Source of the DNA: Bryobacterales bacterium
GTDB taxonomy: Bacteria > Acidobacteriota > Terriglobia > Bryobacterales > UBA6623
DNA: 64,000 nt
Direction of reading: 5' to 3'
NCBI GenBank assembly: GCA_965218555.1
Contig: OZ244625.1
Location: 247,492 to 311,491, forward strand
Part shown: piece by piece, positions 1 to 11,300 of the stretch
How the letters are laid out: each line of letters starts with the position of its first letter
Numbering within the stretch: the stretch's first letter is position 1
Position numbers and translations under genes: made by a program
The notes under the pieces: generated by a model
The model's input: the letters and a program-made list of their open reading frames with translations, nothing else
Database searches by the model: none
What the model was told of the DNA's origin: nothing

Positions 1-1
1 G

Positions 2-994
2 CCGGCGGTTCTCCCGCCGCTGCCGCGAGACGCGCCCGTCAACCGACTCGGCCTCGCGAAGTGGCTGGTGTCGCCCTCGAATCCGCTCACCGCGCGCGTC
101 GCCGTCAACCGCTATTGGCAGATGTACTTCGGTGTCGGCATCGTCAAGACGGCCGAGGACTTCGGCTCGCAAGGCGAAGCGCCCTCCCATCCCGAACTGC
201 TTGACTGGCTGGCGATTCGGTTTGTCGAATCCGGTTGGGACATCAAGGCGTTGCAACGCCTGATCGTGACGTCGGCGACCTATCGGCAGTCCTCTCGCAC
301 CACCCCCGGGCGACAGGCCGAGGACCCGGGGAATCGACGGCTTGCCCGCGGCCCGCGTTTCCGATTGCCCGCCGAGACAGTTCGCGACAATGCCCTCGCC
401 GTCAGCGGTCTGCTCGTGCCGACAATCGGCGGCCCCAGCGTCTATCCTTATCAGCCGCCGGGCCTGTGGAAGGAAATGTCGTTCGGCGACCGTTTCACCG
501 CGCAGGAGTACTTCGTCGGCAAAGGCAACGATCTCTACCGCCGCAGCATGTACAGCTTCTGGAAGAGGACCGTGCCGCCACCGACCCTCGTCACCTTCGA
601 CGCGCCCGACCGCGAGAAGTGCACCGTGCGGCGCCCTCGTACGAACACGCCGTTGCAAGCACTCATCCTGATGAACGACCCGACATACGTCGAAGCATCG
701 CGGGTTCTCGCCGAGCGGGCCCTGACTGAAGGCGGGTCGAGCGACTCCGACCGGCTCGCTTTTGCTTACCGCCGCGCCACTGCACGCGAGCCTTCTCCGA
801 AAGAGAAGGACGTTCTACTCACTCTGCTTCAGCAGCAAGCCGAGGATTACCGCCGACATCCTGATGCGGCCCGCGAGCTCCTCACACTGGGTGACTCGCC
901 GCACGACCCCAACCTTGATGAACAGGAACTCGCCGCTTGGACGATGGTGGCGAGCACCATTCTCAACCTCGACGAGACGATCACCAAGGAATAG
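2..994 (+). CDS. DUF1553 (PSD1-type) domain protein, C-terminal part; 5' end outside window
   Basis: Frame is open from base 2. Translation carries NPLTARVAVNRYWQMYFGVGIVKTAEDFGSQGEAPSHPELLDWLA, closely paralleling the C-terminal half of the full-length gene at 59325-62273. Confidence 0.85.
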   Translation, partial: PAVLPPLPRDAPVNRLGLAKWLVSPSNPLTARVAVNRYWQMYFGVGIVKTAEDFGSQGEAPSHPELLDWLAIRFVESGWDIKALQRLIVTSATYRQSSRTTPGRQAEDPGNRRLARGPRFRLPAETVRDNALAVSGLLVPTIGGPSVYPYQPPGLWKEMSFGDRFTAQEYFVGKGNDLYRRSMYSFWKRTVPPPTLVTFDAPDREKCTVRRPRTNTPLQALILMNDPTYVEASRVLAERALTEGGSSDSDRLAFAYRRATAREPSPKEKDVLLTLLQQQAEDYRRHPDAARELLTLGDSPHDPNLDEQELAAWTMVASTILNLDETITKE

Positions 995-1020
995 CTCGCC
1001 TATTACAATAGTACAAGGGT

Positions 1021-1539
1021 ATGCCGAGCGGAACGTTGACCTCCGTGCGTGAGTACCGGGCGACGAGCTACCGCCCTGACCGAGAGTACGTTGACGGCGT
1101 TCTCTGGGAGCGCAGCGTGGGAGAACGGGACCATAGTGAGCTACAGACGGAGCTTGCCGCTTGGCTGAACGTCCGCAGGCGGCGACTCGGTATCCACGTG
1201 TTCGTCGAGCAACGAATTCAAGTTTCGGCGACGCGCTATCGGGTTCCTGACATCTGTGTCACTCGTGGCGTTCGCCCGACGGAACTCGTTTTCACGAATC
1301 CGCCTTTTGTCTGCATTGAGATTCTGTCGAAGGACGATCGCGACTCGGACCTTCGGGAACGGATCGAAGACTACCTGCGCTTCGGTGTGTCCTACTGTTG
1401 GGTGATCAATCCCCGCAGCCGGCGAGCATGGGCTCATACCCGCGACGGTTCAATGGAAGTGACAGACCGAGTGTTGAGAACCGATGGTCCGGCGATCGAA
1501 GTCCCCCTGCCGGAAATCTTCAAGGAACTCGAAAGCTAG
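1021..1539 (+). CDS. Uma2-family (DUF820) putative restriction-endonuclease-like protein
   Basis: 172 aa. EYVDGVL...HSELQTELAAWL...VPDICVT....PPFVCIEILSKDD...DYLRFGVSYCWVINP matches the Uma2 PD-(D/E)xK-like layout (D...E-x-S/K block). Confidence 0.75.
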   Translation: MPSGTLTSVREYRATSYRPDREYVDGVLWERSVGERDHSELQTELAAWLNVRRRRLGIHVFVEQRIQVSATRYRVPDICVTRGVRPTELVFTNPPFVCIEILSKDDRDSDLRERIEDYLRFGVSYCWVINPRSRRAWAHTRDGSMEVTDRVLRTDGPAIEVPLPEIFKELES

Positions 1540-1557
1540 TCGAGCACGGCCGCTCGT

Positions 1558-2493
1558 CTACTCATCGCTCAGTTGTCGTCGCAAGTACGCCACGGCTTCC
1601 TCCTCGGAAAACGACTTCCTTCCGGAAGGCAGCCGCAGAGCGGCGATGGTCTGGTCCAACTCCCCGCCGGCCGTGCGGGACACGCGATAAAGCAGCGGGT
1701 AGTGCCGTGTATACGTCAGGTCGAAAGCCAGTCCCGCGTTATTCAAGGCGCTGAGACGCTTGTTGAACGACCGAGCGTCCGGCAGCGCCGCACATTCGCC
1801 GCGCACGAGACCGAAGAGCGCTTTCTTCTGTTCGAGGGCTCTCGGCTTGGCGACCTGCCCATCCCGGCTCTTGCGATAAAGCTCGGCCAGGCGAGCGGCG
1901 TACCTGTTGACGATCTCCGCCTTGCGCAAGAAGATATCCGGTTCACGTGAAAGCCTGAGATACTCCGGCGACGACTCCCCATACTCTTTCTTCGCGAAGG
2001 CAGCCGCCGCAAGAAACCCAACCAGCGTCGAAGCCGCCTCACGGATCGCCGTAGGCCAACCTTCTATTCTCGAATCGTTGTGGAAGTCCTCATGCGGAAC
2101 CACGACCAGTGTCCGCTCGACGCTCGCCCTCCCGAGACTCGGCGTGATGGGTGTATGCCCGCTCGCCACGGCTTCGACCCGATAGTAGAAGACGTCGTAT
2201 TTGGAGTCGTCGACCGGGCAACCTCTTGGCGTCCCTCGGCGCAGCTTGAGCTGGTAGTAGTCCGAGGGGAGCTTCAGCTTGCCCGTGTAGTAGCATCGGT
2301 AGTCGATGTAGTCTCGGCTCGACGACTGAGAGAAGTTGACCGTCTCCTCGAATCCCGTCTCCCGCTCGAAGTCCTTCAATGAACGGATCAGCTCCGCCCG
2401 CGGTACGTCCGCCGAGCGAACGAGCCGCGCTTTCGCCGCGCAGCCCAGGCAGGCGGCAGCCAGGCCGAGCACCCCAAGAATCCTTAGCAGCAT
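1558..2493 (-). CDS. lipoprotein with HExxH zinc-peptidase-type motif (family not resolved)
   Basis: 311-aa ORF. N-terminus MLLRILGVLGLAAACLGC is a lipoprotein signal with a lipobox Cys. The internal VVVPHEDFHND contains HExxH. Confidence 0.55.
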   Translation of the reverse strand: MLLRILGVLGLAAACLGCAAKARLVRSADVPRAELIRSLKDFERETGFEETVNFSQSSSRDYIDYRCYYTGKLKLPSDYYQLKLRRGTPRGCPVDDSKYDVFYYRVEAVASGHTPITPSLGRASVERTLVVVPHEDFHNDSRIEGWPTAIREAASTLVGFLAAAAFAKKEYGESSPEYLRLSREPDIFLRKAEIVNRYAARLAELYRKSRDGQVAKPRALEQKKALFGLVRGECAALPDARSFNKRLSALNNAGLAFDLTYTRHYPLLYRVSRTAGGELDQTIAALRLPSGRKSFSEEEAVAYLRRQLSDE

Positions 2494-2505
2494 GCCAAGA
2501 CCGCA

Positions 2506-2994
2506 TTGTCCCGGAAAGTCGGCGGCCGTTGCAGCACGATTTCAGGCGATCTGTCCGCTACACTACTTGGACTCGTGCGGCAGTTCACCCGCCAGATCAC
2601 CGTCTCCACCCGCGGCAAGGGGTTCTACGAAGTCACCCGAGAAACCTGCTCCTGGGTCAACAGCCTCGACATCCAGGAAGGCCTCCTCACGATCTTCCTC
2701 CGCCACACCTCCGCCTCTTTGCTCATCCAGGAAAACGCCGACCCGGACGTCGTCCGCGATCTCGAAACCTTCTTCAGCCGCCTCGTCCCCGAGGACAACA
2801 GCCTCTACACCCACACCATGGAAGGTTCCGACGACATGCCGGCTCACATCCGAGCCGCCCTCACCCAGAGTCAACTCTCCATCCCCATTCGCCAGGGTCG
2901 CCCCGCGCTCGGCACCTGGCAAGGCATCTACGTCTTCGAGCACCGCCGCCGCGCGCACCAAAGAAGCTTGGCGCTGCATGTTCTCGGCGAATAG
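2506..2994 (+). CDS. YjbQ/UPF0047 family protein (secondary thiamine-phosphate synthase type)
   Basis: GFYEVTRE...LLTIFLRHTSASLLIQENADPDVVRDLETFF...DDMPAHIRAALTQSQLSIPI..GRPALGTWQGIYVFEHR is the family signature. An in-frame GTG at 2575 may be the true start. Confidence 0.85.
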   Translation: MSRKVGGRCSTISGDLSATLLGLVRQFTRQITVSTRGKGFYEVTRETCSWVNSLDIQEGLLTIFLRHTSASLLIQENADPDVVRDLETFFSRLVPEDNSLYTHTMEGSDDMPAHIRAALTQSQLSIPIRQGRPALGTWQGIYVFEHRRRAHQRSLALHVLGE

Positions 2995-3196
2995 ATAACT
3001 GCGGCCCGAAGCGTCGCGGCGAGTCGCGAGACGACGGTTGCGGCCGATCCGTCGGCCCGACCCCGCCCGTGACCACGCGGCAATCCTCCTCGGCATGGGC
3101 TCGAAACGCGTGGCGTACCGCTGCTGCGTGCTGACGAAAGACGACTGGTACAATCGACAGGTACAATCCAGGAAAGTCGTTCCATCCGCGGCCGCC

Positions 3197-4345
3197 ATGC
3201 TCAGATTTGTCCCCTTGACCTTCAAGAATCTGCTTCGGAATCGCCGCCGTACGATCCTGACCGTCGCCAGCATCACGATGTCGCTCCTGCTGGTCGGCGT
3301 GCTGCTGTCCGTCTATTCGGCGTTCTATTTTCGCGGCGGCACCGAGGAGGAAGCTCTACGCCTCATCGTGCGGCACCGCGTGTCGCTGGCAATGGAGTTG
3401 CCGCAGTATTACGAAAGCCGCATCCAAGAGGTCGACGGAGTAGAAACCCTGACAAAGTTCTCATGGTTCGGGGGTAAATACAAGGACAATCGCCCGGAGG
3501 AGTTCTTCGCGCGATTCGCCGTCGACCCCGAACAGGTTTTCAAAGTCCTTACCGAGGTCAGCATCCCGGAAGACCAATACCAAGCCTGGCTCCGCGATCG
3601 GCAGGGCATCGCGATCGGCAGCTCCGTCGTGAACCGGACCGGCCTGCAACTCGGCGACCGCTTTACCCTCGTCGGCGACATCTACCCCATCAACCTCGAT
3701 GTCGTCGTCCGCGCCATCTTCGACGGCCCCGAAGACAACAACAGTTTTTTTCACTGGAAGTACTTCGAAGAGAGTTTGCCCGAGAACCGCAGGGGAGAGG
3801 TCGGGACGTTCTACATTCGAGTTCGCTCCCCTGACGACGTACCCCGTGTCGCCCAGGCCGTCGATGACATGTTCCGGAATTCGCCCCAGCCGACCAAGAC
3901 CGAAACCGAGCGCGCCTTTCAACTCGCCTTCGTGAGCCAGATGGGCAATGTCAAGCTCTTCCTGCTGAGCATCGCGGGCGCTGTCGTCTTCACGATTCTG
4001 CTGGTGTCGGGCAACACGGTCGCGATGTCGGTCCGCGAGCGTATTCAGGAAATCGGCGTTTTGAAGACTCTCGGCTTCACTTCGGCCACGGTCTTGTCAA
4101 TGATCATCGCCGAAGCGGTGCTCATCGCGTTCGTCGGAGGGGTGTTGGGGACTGCTTTGACCTACTTGGTGACAGGCCTCGCCACCGAAATGCTGGTCGG
4201 TTTCTTCGAGGGACTCATCCTGCCCTGGTGGGGAGTGTTCTTTTGCCTCGGTATCGCCCTCCTCATCGGCATCATCAGCTCGATCGTGCCGGCGATCATC
4301 GCGGCGCGCACTCGAGTCACCGATGCGCTCCGCCACGCCGGCTGA
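3197..4345 (+). CDS. ABC transporter permease, FtsX/MacB type (1 of 2)
   Basis: ATG at 3197 gives the canonical N-terminus MLRFVPLTFKNLLRNRRRT. A large periplasmic loop is followed by a C-terminal FtsX bundle (VRERIQEIGVLKTLGFTSATV). The ORF-track start at 3038 is treated as an upstream extension. Confidence 0.85.
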   Translation: MLRFVPLTFKNLLRNRRRTILTVASITMSLLLVGVLLSVYSAFYFRGGTEEEALRLIVRHRVSLAMELPQYYESRIQEVDGVETLTKFSWFGGKYKDNRPEEFFARFAVDPEQVFKVLTEVSIPEDQYQAWLRDRQGIAIGSSVVNRTGLQLGDRFTLVGDIYPINLDVVVRAIFDGPEDNNSFFHWKYFEESLPENRRGEVGTFYIRVRSPDDVPRVAQAVDDMFRNSPQPTKTETERAFQLAFVSQMGNVKLFLLSIAGAVVFTILLVSGNTVAMSVRERIQEIGVLKTLGFTSATVLSMIIAEAVLIAFVGGVLGTALTYLVTGLATEMLVGFFEGLILPWWGVFFCLGIALLIGIISSIVPAIIAARTRVTDALRHAG

Positions 4346-4363
4346 CAACCATACATCCCCGCC

Positions 4364-5539
4364 ATGGCCATCCCTCTCTCGTACAACTTCCGGAATCTGT
4401 TCGTCCGCAAGACGACCACCATCATGACGGCGCTGGGCATCGCCCTCTCGGTCGCCGTGCTGGTCGGAATCAGCGCGCTGGTCGGCGGCCTCAACGGCGC
4501 GCTCGCCGTGACGGGCGATTCGCTGCACGTGATTGTCATGCGCCAAGGCTCGACGGCCGAGCTCAATAGCACCGTCACCCGCGAGCAGTTCCAGAACCTC
4601 AAGTTCATCGAGGGCATCGCCGAAGAGAACGGTGAGCCGATGGCGTCGCTCGAAGTGCTCACGGTGTTCAATCTTCCGTTCCGGAGCAACCCCGACGAGG
4701 TCGCCAACGTGAATGTCCGCGGACTCCCTCCGATGGGCATCCGACTCCGCGAAACGGCAGGAACCCTGCAGATCTCCCGCGGCCGCTGGTTCGAGCACGG
4801 CAAGCGCGAAGTGGCGGTCGGCCGCGGCATCTTCGAGACGAACGAAGGAACCTCCATCGGTGACAAGCTCGACTTCGGCCGCGGCGAGTGGGAAGTCGTC
4901 GGCGTTTTCGACGCGGGCAAATCCGCCTACAACAGCGAAATCTGGGCCGACGCCAATCTGCTCACCATCGACCTCGGCCGCGGCGGCACGTTGAGCACCG
5001 CGTTACTCCGGGCGACAGACGAAGTAACCGCCGCGACACTGAAAAACCGCGTTGCCGACGACCAACGGCTCTTGCTCGAGGCGCTCAGCGAACGCGAGTA
5101 CTACGAGAAGCAGACCACATCCGGCCAACCAGTTCAGGTTCTGGGCGTGTTCGTCTCGATCATCATGGCCATCGGCAGCAGCTTTGCGGCAATGAACACG
5201 ATGTACGCCGCCGTCGCCCGGCGCGCTCGCGAAGTGGGCGTTCTACGGATGCTGGGCTTCTCACGCGGCAGCGTACTGCTCTCGTTCCTGTTGGAGTCGC
5301 TGCTGCTTTCCTTGTTGGGCGGGATGCTCGGTTGTCTGCTTGTTCTCCCTTTGGATGGCCTTGGCGGCCGGATCGGAAACTTCGTGACGTTCAGTATCAC
5401 CACCTTCGAGTTCGAGATCACGTCCAGCGCGCTATTGCTCGGCATGAGTTTCGCGGCGGTCATGGGTGTGCTGGGGGGAGTGCTCCCGGCGCGTGTGGCG
5501 GCGCGGCAGGAGATTCTCGGCTCGATGCGCAACGTATAG
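4364..5539 (+). CDS. ABC transporter permease, FtsX/MacB type (2 of 2)
   Basis: MAIPLSYNFRNLFVRKTTTIMTALGIALSVAVLV N-terminus and C-terminal RRAREVGVLRMLGFSRGSVL FtsX motif. The TAG stop at 5537-5539 is shared with the repeat insertion site. Confidence 0.85.
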   Translation: MAIPLSYNFRNLFVRKTTTIMTALGIALSVAVLVGISALVGGLNGALAVTGDSLHVIVMRQGSTAELNSTVTREQFQNLKFIEGIAEENGEPMASLEVLTVFNLPFRSNPDEVANVNVRGLPPMGIRLRETAGTLQISRGRWFEHGKREVAVGRGIFETNEGTSIGDKLDFGRGEWEVVGVFDAGKSAYNSEIWADANLLTIDLGRGGTLSTALLRATDEVTAATLKNRVADDQRLLLEALSEREYYEKQTTSGQPVQVLGVFVSIIMAIGSSFAAMNTMYAAVARRAREVGVLRMLGFSRGSVLLSFLLESLLLSLLGGMLGCLLVLPLDGLGGRIGNFVTFSITTFEFEITSSALLLGMSFAAVMGVLGGVLPARVAARQEILGSMRNV

Positions 5540-5718
5540 CCTACATTTCTCACCACCTGACGGCCGAAGCACGCGATACGACCGCCATGACTTCGTTGCG
5601 CTTGCTTGCCGTGCTCGATGTACTTTCAAGTACACCTGCGCGCGACAAGCGGCTCGCGTCTCGTCCTGCCGGCCCTCTCACCCACTTCGTCTCGCCACGT
5701 GGTAAGAAATACAGGCTA
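5537..5718 (+). mobile_element. family-1 MITE-like element, copy A (TA-flanked)
   Basis: TA|GCCTACATTTCTCACCAC...GTGGTAAGAAATACAGGC|TA. Same ~180-bp sequence as 22427, 46195, 48821 and 59104. Sits between permease 2 and the HlyD adaptor gene. Confidence 0.75.
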
Positions 5719-5810
5719 GTCGGCCTCACGGCTGAGGCGGGGCCGAAACCGCTACACTGCAAACTTGCGTCAGCGGCTGCAAACCCCGGCCGGCCGTCTC
5801 GACAAGATCA

Positions 5811-7160
5811 ATGGCTACGGACACCCGGCAAGTCGATCAGAGGCTCGCCAGCCTCAAGATCGACCGCTCACAACGCGGCGGCGAGCCGGCGCGCTGGGCG
5901 AAATGGTGGATCATCATCGGCGTTGTCGCCTTCGCCGCGCTCGGAATCTGGCGCTTCGGCTTCGCTGAGGCGGGGCTGATCGAGGTCGACACCATCAGAG
6001 TGACTCCGCAGACAGCAGGCTTGAGCGGTCAACAGGTCGTCCTCAACGCCGCCGGCTACGTCATCGCGCACTACAAGATTGAAGTCGCCTCCAAAGTTCT
6101 GGGCAAGGTAGCCTGGATCGGCGTCGAAAAAGGAGACACCGTCACCCAGGGGAACCCCATCGTACGCGTCGAGGATGACGAGTACCGCGCGAGGGTCCGT
6201 CAGACTGAAGGCAACCTCGCGGCCTTGCAGGCGCGGCTCGCGGAACTGGAAGCCGGCTCTCGCCCCGAGGAGATCCAACTTGCCCGTGCGAACCTCGAGG
6301 AAGCCAAAGCGGACCTCGAAAACGCCCGTGTCAACCTCGACCGCGTTCGCACTCTCCATGCGGAAGGCGTTGTGCCGCAGCAAGACCTGGATGACGCCAA
6401 AGCCCGCTACGACGCGCGGCAAGCCCGAGTGGCATCCTTGGATCGCGCCTACGAGCTGGTACGCATCGGTCCCCGCCAGGAAGAAATCGACTACGTGCGC
6501 GGTCAGGTCAAACAAGCCGAAGGCGAATTGGCGTACACCCTCACGCAGCTCGAAGCCACGGTGATTCGCGCGCCCGTGACGGGTACGATTCTCGAGAGAA
6601 ACGTCGAGGTGGGCGAGTTCATCACGACCAGCTTCGTGGGAGAGCGCGGAGCCAAGGGGTTCGTCGTGTCTTTGGCGGACCTGAACGACCTGCAGGTCGA
6701 GCTCGATATCAGCCAGGACGACTTCGCAAAGCTCACCATGGGCCAAAACGCCGTCGTCGCCACCGACGCCTTTCCCGATCGCAAATACCAGAGCACCATC
6801 GTCGAAATGTCGCCCGAAGCCGACCGCCAGAAGGCCACGGTTCAGGTGAAGGTGCAGATTCTGGAACCGGACTCCTTCTTGCGGCCCGAGATGAACGCCA
6901 ATGTCGCGTTCCTCGCCGAGGAGCAGCCCGCCGACGCCGCTCCCGCGCGCCCGACGATCACGATTCCCACGTCTGCCCTGGTGAACGGCGACAGTGTTTT
7001 CGTTGTTCACGACGGCCACACCGCCAAGCGCACGATCAGCGTGCGGAAGACGACGCCGCGCGGCGTGGAAATCGGCGGCGGTCTGGCCGGCGGCGAGGAC
7101 ATCATCGTCTCTCCGCCGCAGGATCTCCAGGACGGGGCCCCCATACGAGTGAGGCAGTGA
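5811..7160 (+). CDS. HlyD/MacA-type membrane fusion (periplasmic adaptor) protein
   Basis: N-terminal TM anchor [16 protein letters not shown], a long coiled coil ([35 protein letters not shown]) and a beta-rich C-terminus. Confidence 0.9.
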   Translation: MATDTRQVDQRLASLKIDRSQRGGEPARWAKWWIIIGVVAFAALGIWRFGFAEAGLIEVDTIRVTPQTAGLSGQQVVLNAAGYVIAHYKIEVASKVLGKVAWIGVEKGDTVTQGNPIVRVEDDEYRARVRQTEGNLAALQARLAELEAGSRPEEIQLARANLEEAKADLENARVNLDRVRTLHAEGVVPQQDLDDAKARYDARQARVASLDRAYELVRIGPRQEEIDYVRGQVKQAEGELAYTLTQLEATVIRAPVTGTILERNVEVGEFITTSFVGERGAKGFVVSLADLNDLQVELDISQDDFAKLTMGQNAVVATDAFPDRKYQSTIVEMSPEADRQKATVQVKVQILEPDSFLRPEMNANVAFLAEEQPADAAPARPTITIPTSALVNGDSVFVVHDGHTAKRTISVRKTTPRGVEIGGGLAGGEDIIVSPPQDLQDGAPIRVRQ

Positions 7161-7900
7161 TGCGCGAAGAAACCGGTCAGGGACAACAAGCCGTCGAGCT
7201 CCGAGGCGTGGTCAAGGAGTACCGCCGCGACGAGTTCAGCGTGCTGGCGCTCAACAACGTTGACCTCGACATCCCGCGTAAGGATTTCCTGGCGCTGATG
7301 GGTCCCTCCGGATCCGGCAAGTCAACGATGCTCCATCTCATCGCCGGCATCGACAGACCGACGGCGGGCCGCCTGACCGTGCTCGGCGACGATATCGGCG
7401 GCATGGGTGAAAAGGAACTCGCCGCCTGGCGCAGCGAGCACATCGGCTACATCTTCCAGACGTTCAACCTCATCCCCGTCCTCACCGCCTTGGAAAACGT
7501 AGAACTGCCGCTGCTGCTGACCCGTCTCAGCAAGAAACAGCGCCTGGAGAACGCCAAGACGGCTCTCGATATCGTCGGATTGAGCGACCGCCTCGATCAT
7601 TACCCGCGGCAACTCTCCGGCGGACAGGAACAGCGCGTCGCTATCGCCCGCGCCATCGTCACGGACCCGGCGATCATTCTGGCCGACGAACCCACCGGCG
7701 ACCTCGACGCCGCTTCCGCCAAAGAAGCGCTGAACGCCCTCGCCCTGCTCAACGAGCAGCACGGCAAAACCATCGTCATCGTCACCCACGACCCCCACGC
7801 CGCCAAGTACGCCCGCAAGACCCGCTACATCGAAAAAGGAGACCTCCTCCCCGAAGGCCAACTCCCCGAAGACTGGTTCTCCACCCCCGCCCCAACCTGA
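7157..7900 (+). CDS. ABC transporter ATP-binding protein (MacB/LolD-like)
   Basis: Walker [10 protein letters not shown], signature LSGGQEQRV, Walker [13 protein letters not shown]. The start (GTG 7157 or ATG 7160) overlaps the adaptor stop. Confidence 0.92.
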   Translation: MMREETGQGQQAVELRGVVKEYRRDEFSVLALNNVDLDIPRKDFLALMGPSGSGKSTMLHLIAGIDRPTAGRLTVLGDDIGGMGEKELAAWRSEHIGYIFQTFNLIPVLTALENVELPLLLTRLSKKQRLENAKTALDIVGLSDRLDHYPRQLSGGQEQRVAIARAIVTDPAIILADEPTGDLDAASAKEALNALALLNEQHGKTIVIVTHDPHAAKYARKTRYIEKGDLLPEGQLPEDWFSTPAPT

Positions 7901-8164
7901 CCCGCCAACGCTTTCCGCATTTCCGGGGGAGAGGACGGGCCATGCAGCGCCGCGGCTCCGATCGAGACGGTCGCCGCCGCCGGAAGCAACGCCACCGACT
8001 GGAGCACCGGCATGGAGCCCCGTCTGGTCGTTTTTCGACGGCGCTGGACGGCTAAGGTCGGTGTCGGTGCGAATCTGAGCTCATCCCGCTCGCCCACCCG
8101 AAACACCTGTTCCCGCACCTCTTCACAGATCCCTCTCCGCCTGGTTGCGGAAACGCTGAAATTC

Positions 8165-8194
8165 TTGACTATTCGGTTGGGCCTGTGCTATCTT
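8165..8194 (+). promoter_or_regulatory. candidate sigma70-type promoter for the TonB-dependent receptor gene
   Basis: TTGACT (8165-8170), 18-nt spacer, TATCTT (8189-8194), about 115 nt upstream of ATG 8309. Pattern match only. Confidence 0.3.
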
Positions 8195-8308
8195 GACTCA
8201 GATTTTCTTTGGGGGTAGTATGTCCGGCGTCGCCGTAGTGCACGATCCGGGCAGTTGGTTGAGGACACTCCCCCATTGCCAGAGATCGAACTTTTTGAGG
8301 AAAATAAC

Positions 8309-11300
8309 ATGTTTGCATCCAATCGGAAAATAAGACTCTCCACACTGATAGGGCTCGTTGTACTGCTGGGGTTGGTGACGCTCCCCCTGCACGCGCAACG
8401 AACCTCGACGCAGACCATTGAGGGTCTGGTAACGGACGCTACCGGCGCAGTCATCCCCGGCGCGACGGTGACCATGACGAACGTGGACACGGGTATTACG
8501 ACCACCGTGAACACCAACGAAACCGGCAACTACCGCTTCTCGTACGTGCCGGTGGGCAACTACAACGTCCGCTGTGAGTTGGACGGCTTCAAGACACAGT
8601 CGGTGAGCGGGGTGCGCGTGGAGACCACGGCGCAGGTTCGAACCAACTTCGTGATGGAAGTCGGCGACGTTACCGAAACCATCGAAGTCGCCGCCGACGC
8701 GATCACGCTCAACACCGAGAACTCGACGGTCGGCAGCGTGATCGAAAACCGGCAGATCGTCGAGTTGCCGCTCAACGGCCGCAACATCGTCCAGTTGGCG
8801 GTTCTGGTTCCGGGCGTGCAGTTCGGACAGCGCTCGGGCATGAATCGGGGCGACAGCGGTTACATCCCCGAGGGCAGCTATTCGGTGAGCGCCAATGGCG
8901 TGCGCGAGCTTCACCAAGTGGTCAGCCTCGACGGCACCGACACCGCCGACGTACGGCGCTCGGTCACACCGTTCGTGCCTTCCATCGAGGCGATCGAGGA
9001 GTTCAAGCTCCAGACCAGCTCCTTCTCGGCGGAGACCGGCTTTGGCGGCGGCGCCGTAACGAACATCACGCTCAAGAGCGGCACGAACGAGCTGCACGGC
9101 ACGTTCTACGAGTTCCTGCGCAACAACGCCCTGGACGCCGAGCCCTACTTCCTGAACTTCGAGCGGGCCGCCAACGAGCGCACAGAGGTCAACCAGCGCA
9201 TCCGCAATCAGTTCGGCTTCGTCATGAGCGGTCCCATCGTCAAGAACAAGACGTTCTGGATGTTCGCCTGGGACGGGCGCCGCGAGCGGACGAAGAGTGT
9301 GGCGGAAAGCTTCTATCCCCACGATTCGTTTCGCGGGGGCGACTTCTCGGAGCTGATGACGCCCACGCCTCGTTCCGGGGGCAGGATGCGCCAGCCCATC
9401 CTGATCTACGACCCGTTCACCGGCGATCCCTTCCCCAACAACACCATCCCGTCGGACCGCATCCACCCCGGAATCCGGGACAACATCCTGCCGGTGGTGG
9501 CGCGGGCCGACTTCCGCCAGCCGGACCCCCTGGACTTCACGCGCCGCCAGGGACTCGTCAGGCCGTTGACCGTGAATCAATACTTCACGAAAGTCGATCA
9601 CCACTTCAGCGATACCGACCGCATCTTCGGAAGGCTTGCGGTCTCAAAAAGCGATCGGGTGAACCCTACCTTGAACCCGAACTTCATGAGTACCCGGGGG
9701 GAGAACACCTACAACGTCGCCACGCAGTGGATCCATACGTTCAGTCAGAACATGATCAACGAGTTCCGGTTCGGCTTCCAGAAGTTCAACCGGGGCAGCT
9801 TCAGTCCCCGCACCGGCGACGAAAGCTTCAACATGCCGGCCCTCGGCATCGGGCCGTTCCACATCATCGCGGGCTCGGGCCGCCAGCTCGACACCGACGA
9901 GCACGGCTATCCCAACCTGAGCCTCTACAACGTCAACGACGGCCGTGAATACAACAACCCCAACAACCAGCAGATCGGCAACCATCTGTCGGTCATCAAG
10001 GGTTCTCACAACCTGAAGATGGGCGGGGAGGTCTACCGGCTGACGATGCACGACGGTGGCGCGAACCTGGGCCGGGGCCGGGTGCGTTGGAGCAACAACG
10101 AGGTGGGCCTCAACCATGCCTCGTTCCTGATGGGCATCCCCAACACGACGGAGACGCCCGAAGGGGTCGCCATCACCAGCCCGGTCGCGGTCCGCCAGGG
10201 CTACTACATCCAGGACGACTGGAAGTTCAGCCCGCGGCTGACGATCAACATGGGCTTCCGGTTCGACTACAACGGCAACATCCGTGGCCGCGGCGGTTTC
10301 TTGCGGACGGTCTTGTTCCCCGACGAGAACCATGCGCCGGGCACCGCTGTCGGCAACGGCGGTTTTACCGATCCGGATACGGGGCGGCAAATCCCCACCA
10401 TGGGACCGCCGGAGTTGGGTGAGGGCGGCGCCATCAAGCTGTTCCATCAGGACGTTCGCTTCTTCATGCCGCGGCTGGGCATCGCTTATCGCCCGACCGA
10501 GAAGTGGGTGGTGCGGACCGCCGCAGGCTACTTCGACAACCTCATGCACTGGAACAACTGGTCGATTCTGAACCTGAATCCCCCGTTGGCCGCCGCGACG
10601 GAGTTCATCCAGACCATGGACCCCGCTCAAAGCATCACGGTCAGCGGGATCGGCGGAGAGCCGGTAACCCTCCGAACGCAGCGATTCCGGGACAACAACT
10701 TGGCGATCACGCTCGACGATCCGTTCCTGGACAACGTCGGCGCGCTTCCCAGCAACCTCGGGGACCCCGTCAACACGGTGGCGCTCAACCCGGAAACCAA
10801 GGATGGCGACATGTGGAAGTGGAGCTTCGACCTCCAGCGCGACCTGGGTTTCAACACCCAGTTGACCGTGGGCTACGTGGGCCACGCGATGCGCCATGTC
10901 GGCAACAGCATGCGCAACTGGAACTCGCCCGCGCCGTCTCCGGACAGTCAAATCCAGGCGAATCGGCCGTTCCCGCGGTTTTTCGACCCCGCAACGCCGG
11001 AGCTGGGCGTGCAAAACCTCTCGACAGTTCGCTACCTGGACACCTACCAGAACGCCTTCCATCACGGCTTGCAGATGGAGCTGAAGAAGCGTTACTCGTC
11101 CGGTTTCATGTTCGGTGTCGCCTACACCTTCTCGAAAACGCACGGCGACGGCGAAGCGGGCGGCAACCAGGGCGCTCAGATTCAACAGCCGCGTCTCTGC
11201 CGCCACTGCGACCGCGGCCGGCTGCGGTTTGACCAGACACAGTACTTGGTTGCCAACTTCGTCTGGGATATGCCGGGGCGGAACCTGCCGGGCGCTCTGA

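Noticed and set aside
994-1021. Absence of a DUF1501 partner after the DUF1553 gene at the left edge, unlike the intact pair at 59325-63694, as a sign of rearrangement
   Set aside because: The left gene is only partially in the window and DUF1553 proteins are not obligatorily followed by DUF1501. There is insufficient evidence.
5586-5720. Recurrent ORFs translating to MTSLRLLAVLDV.SSTPARAKRLA.RP.GPLTHF.SPRGEKCRL (also at 46246, 48871, 59157 and in the 4888 ORF) that look like a conserved small protein family
   Set aside because: They lie entirely inside the family-1 repeat. Conservation is at the DNA level, including both non-coding termini. There is no RBS or consistent start, and the frame is fused to unrelated downstream sequence in each copy.
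8118-8308. Cobalamin or other riboswitch in the 190-nt leader of the TonB-dependent receptor gene
   Set aside because: I could not find a B12-box-like element or any other recognisable riboswitch core by eye. This would need a covariance-model scan (Rfam/Infernal) to settle.
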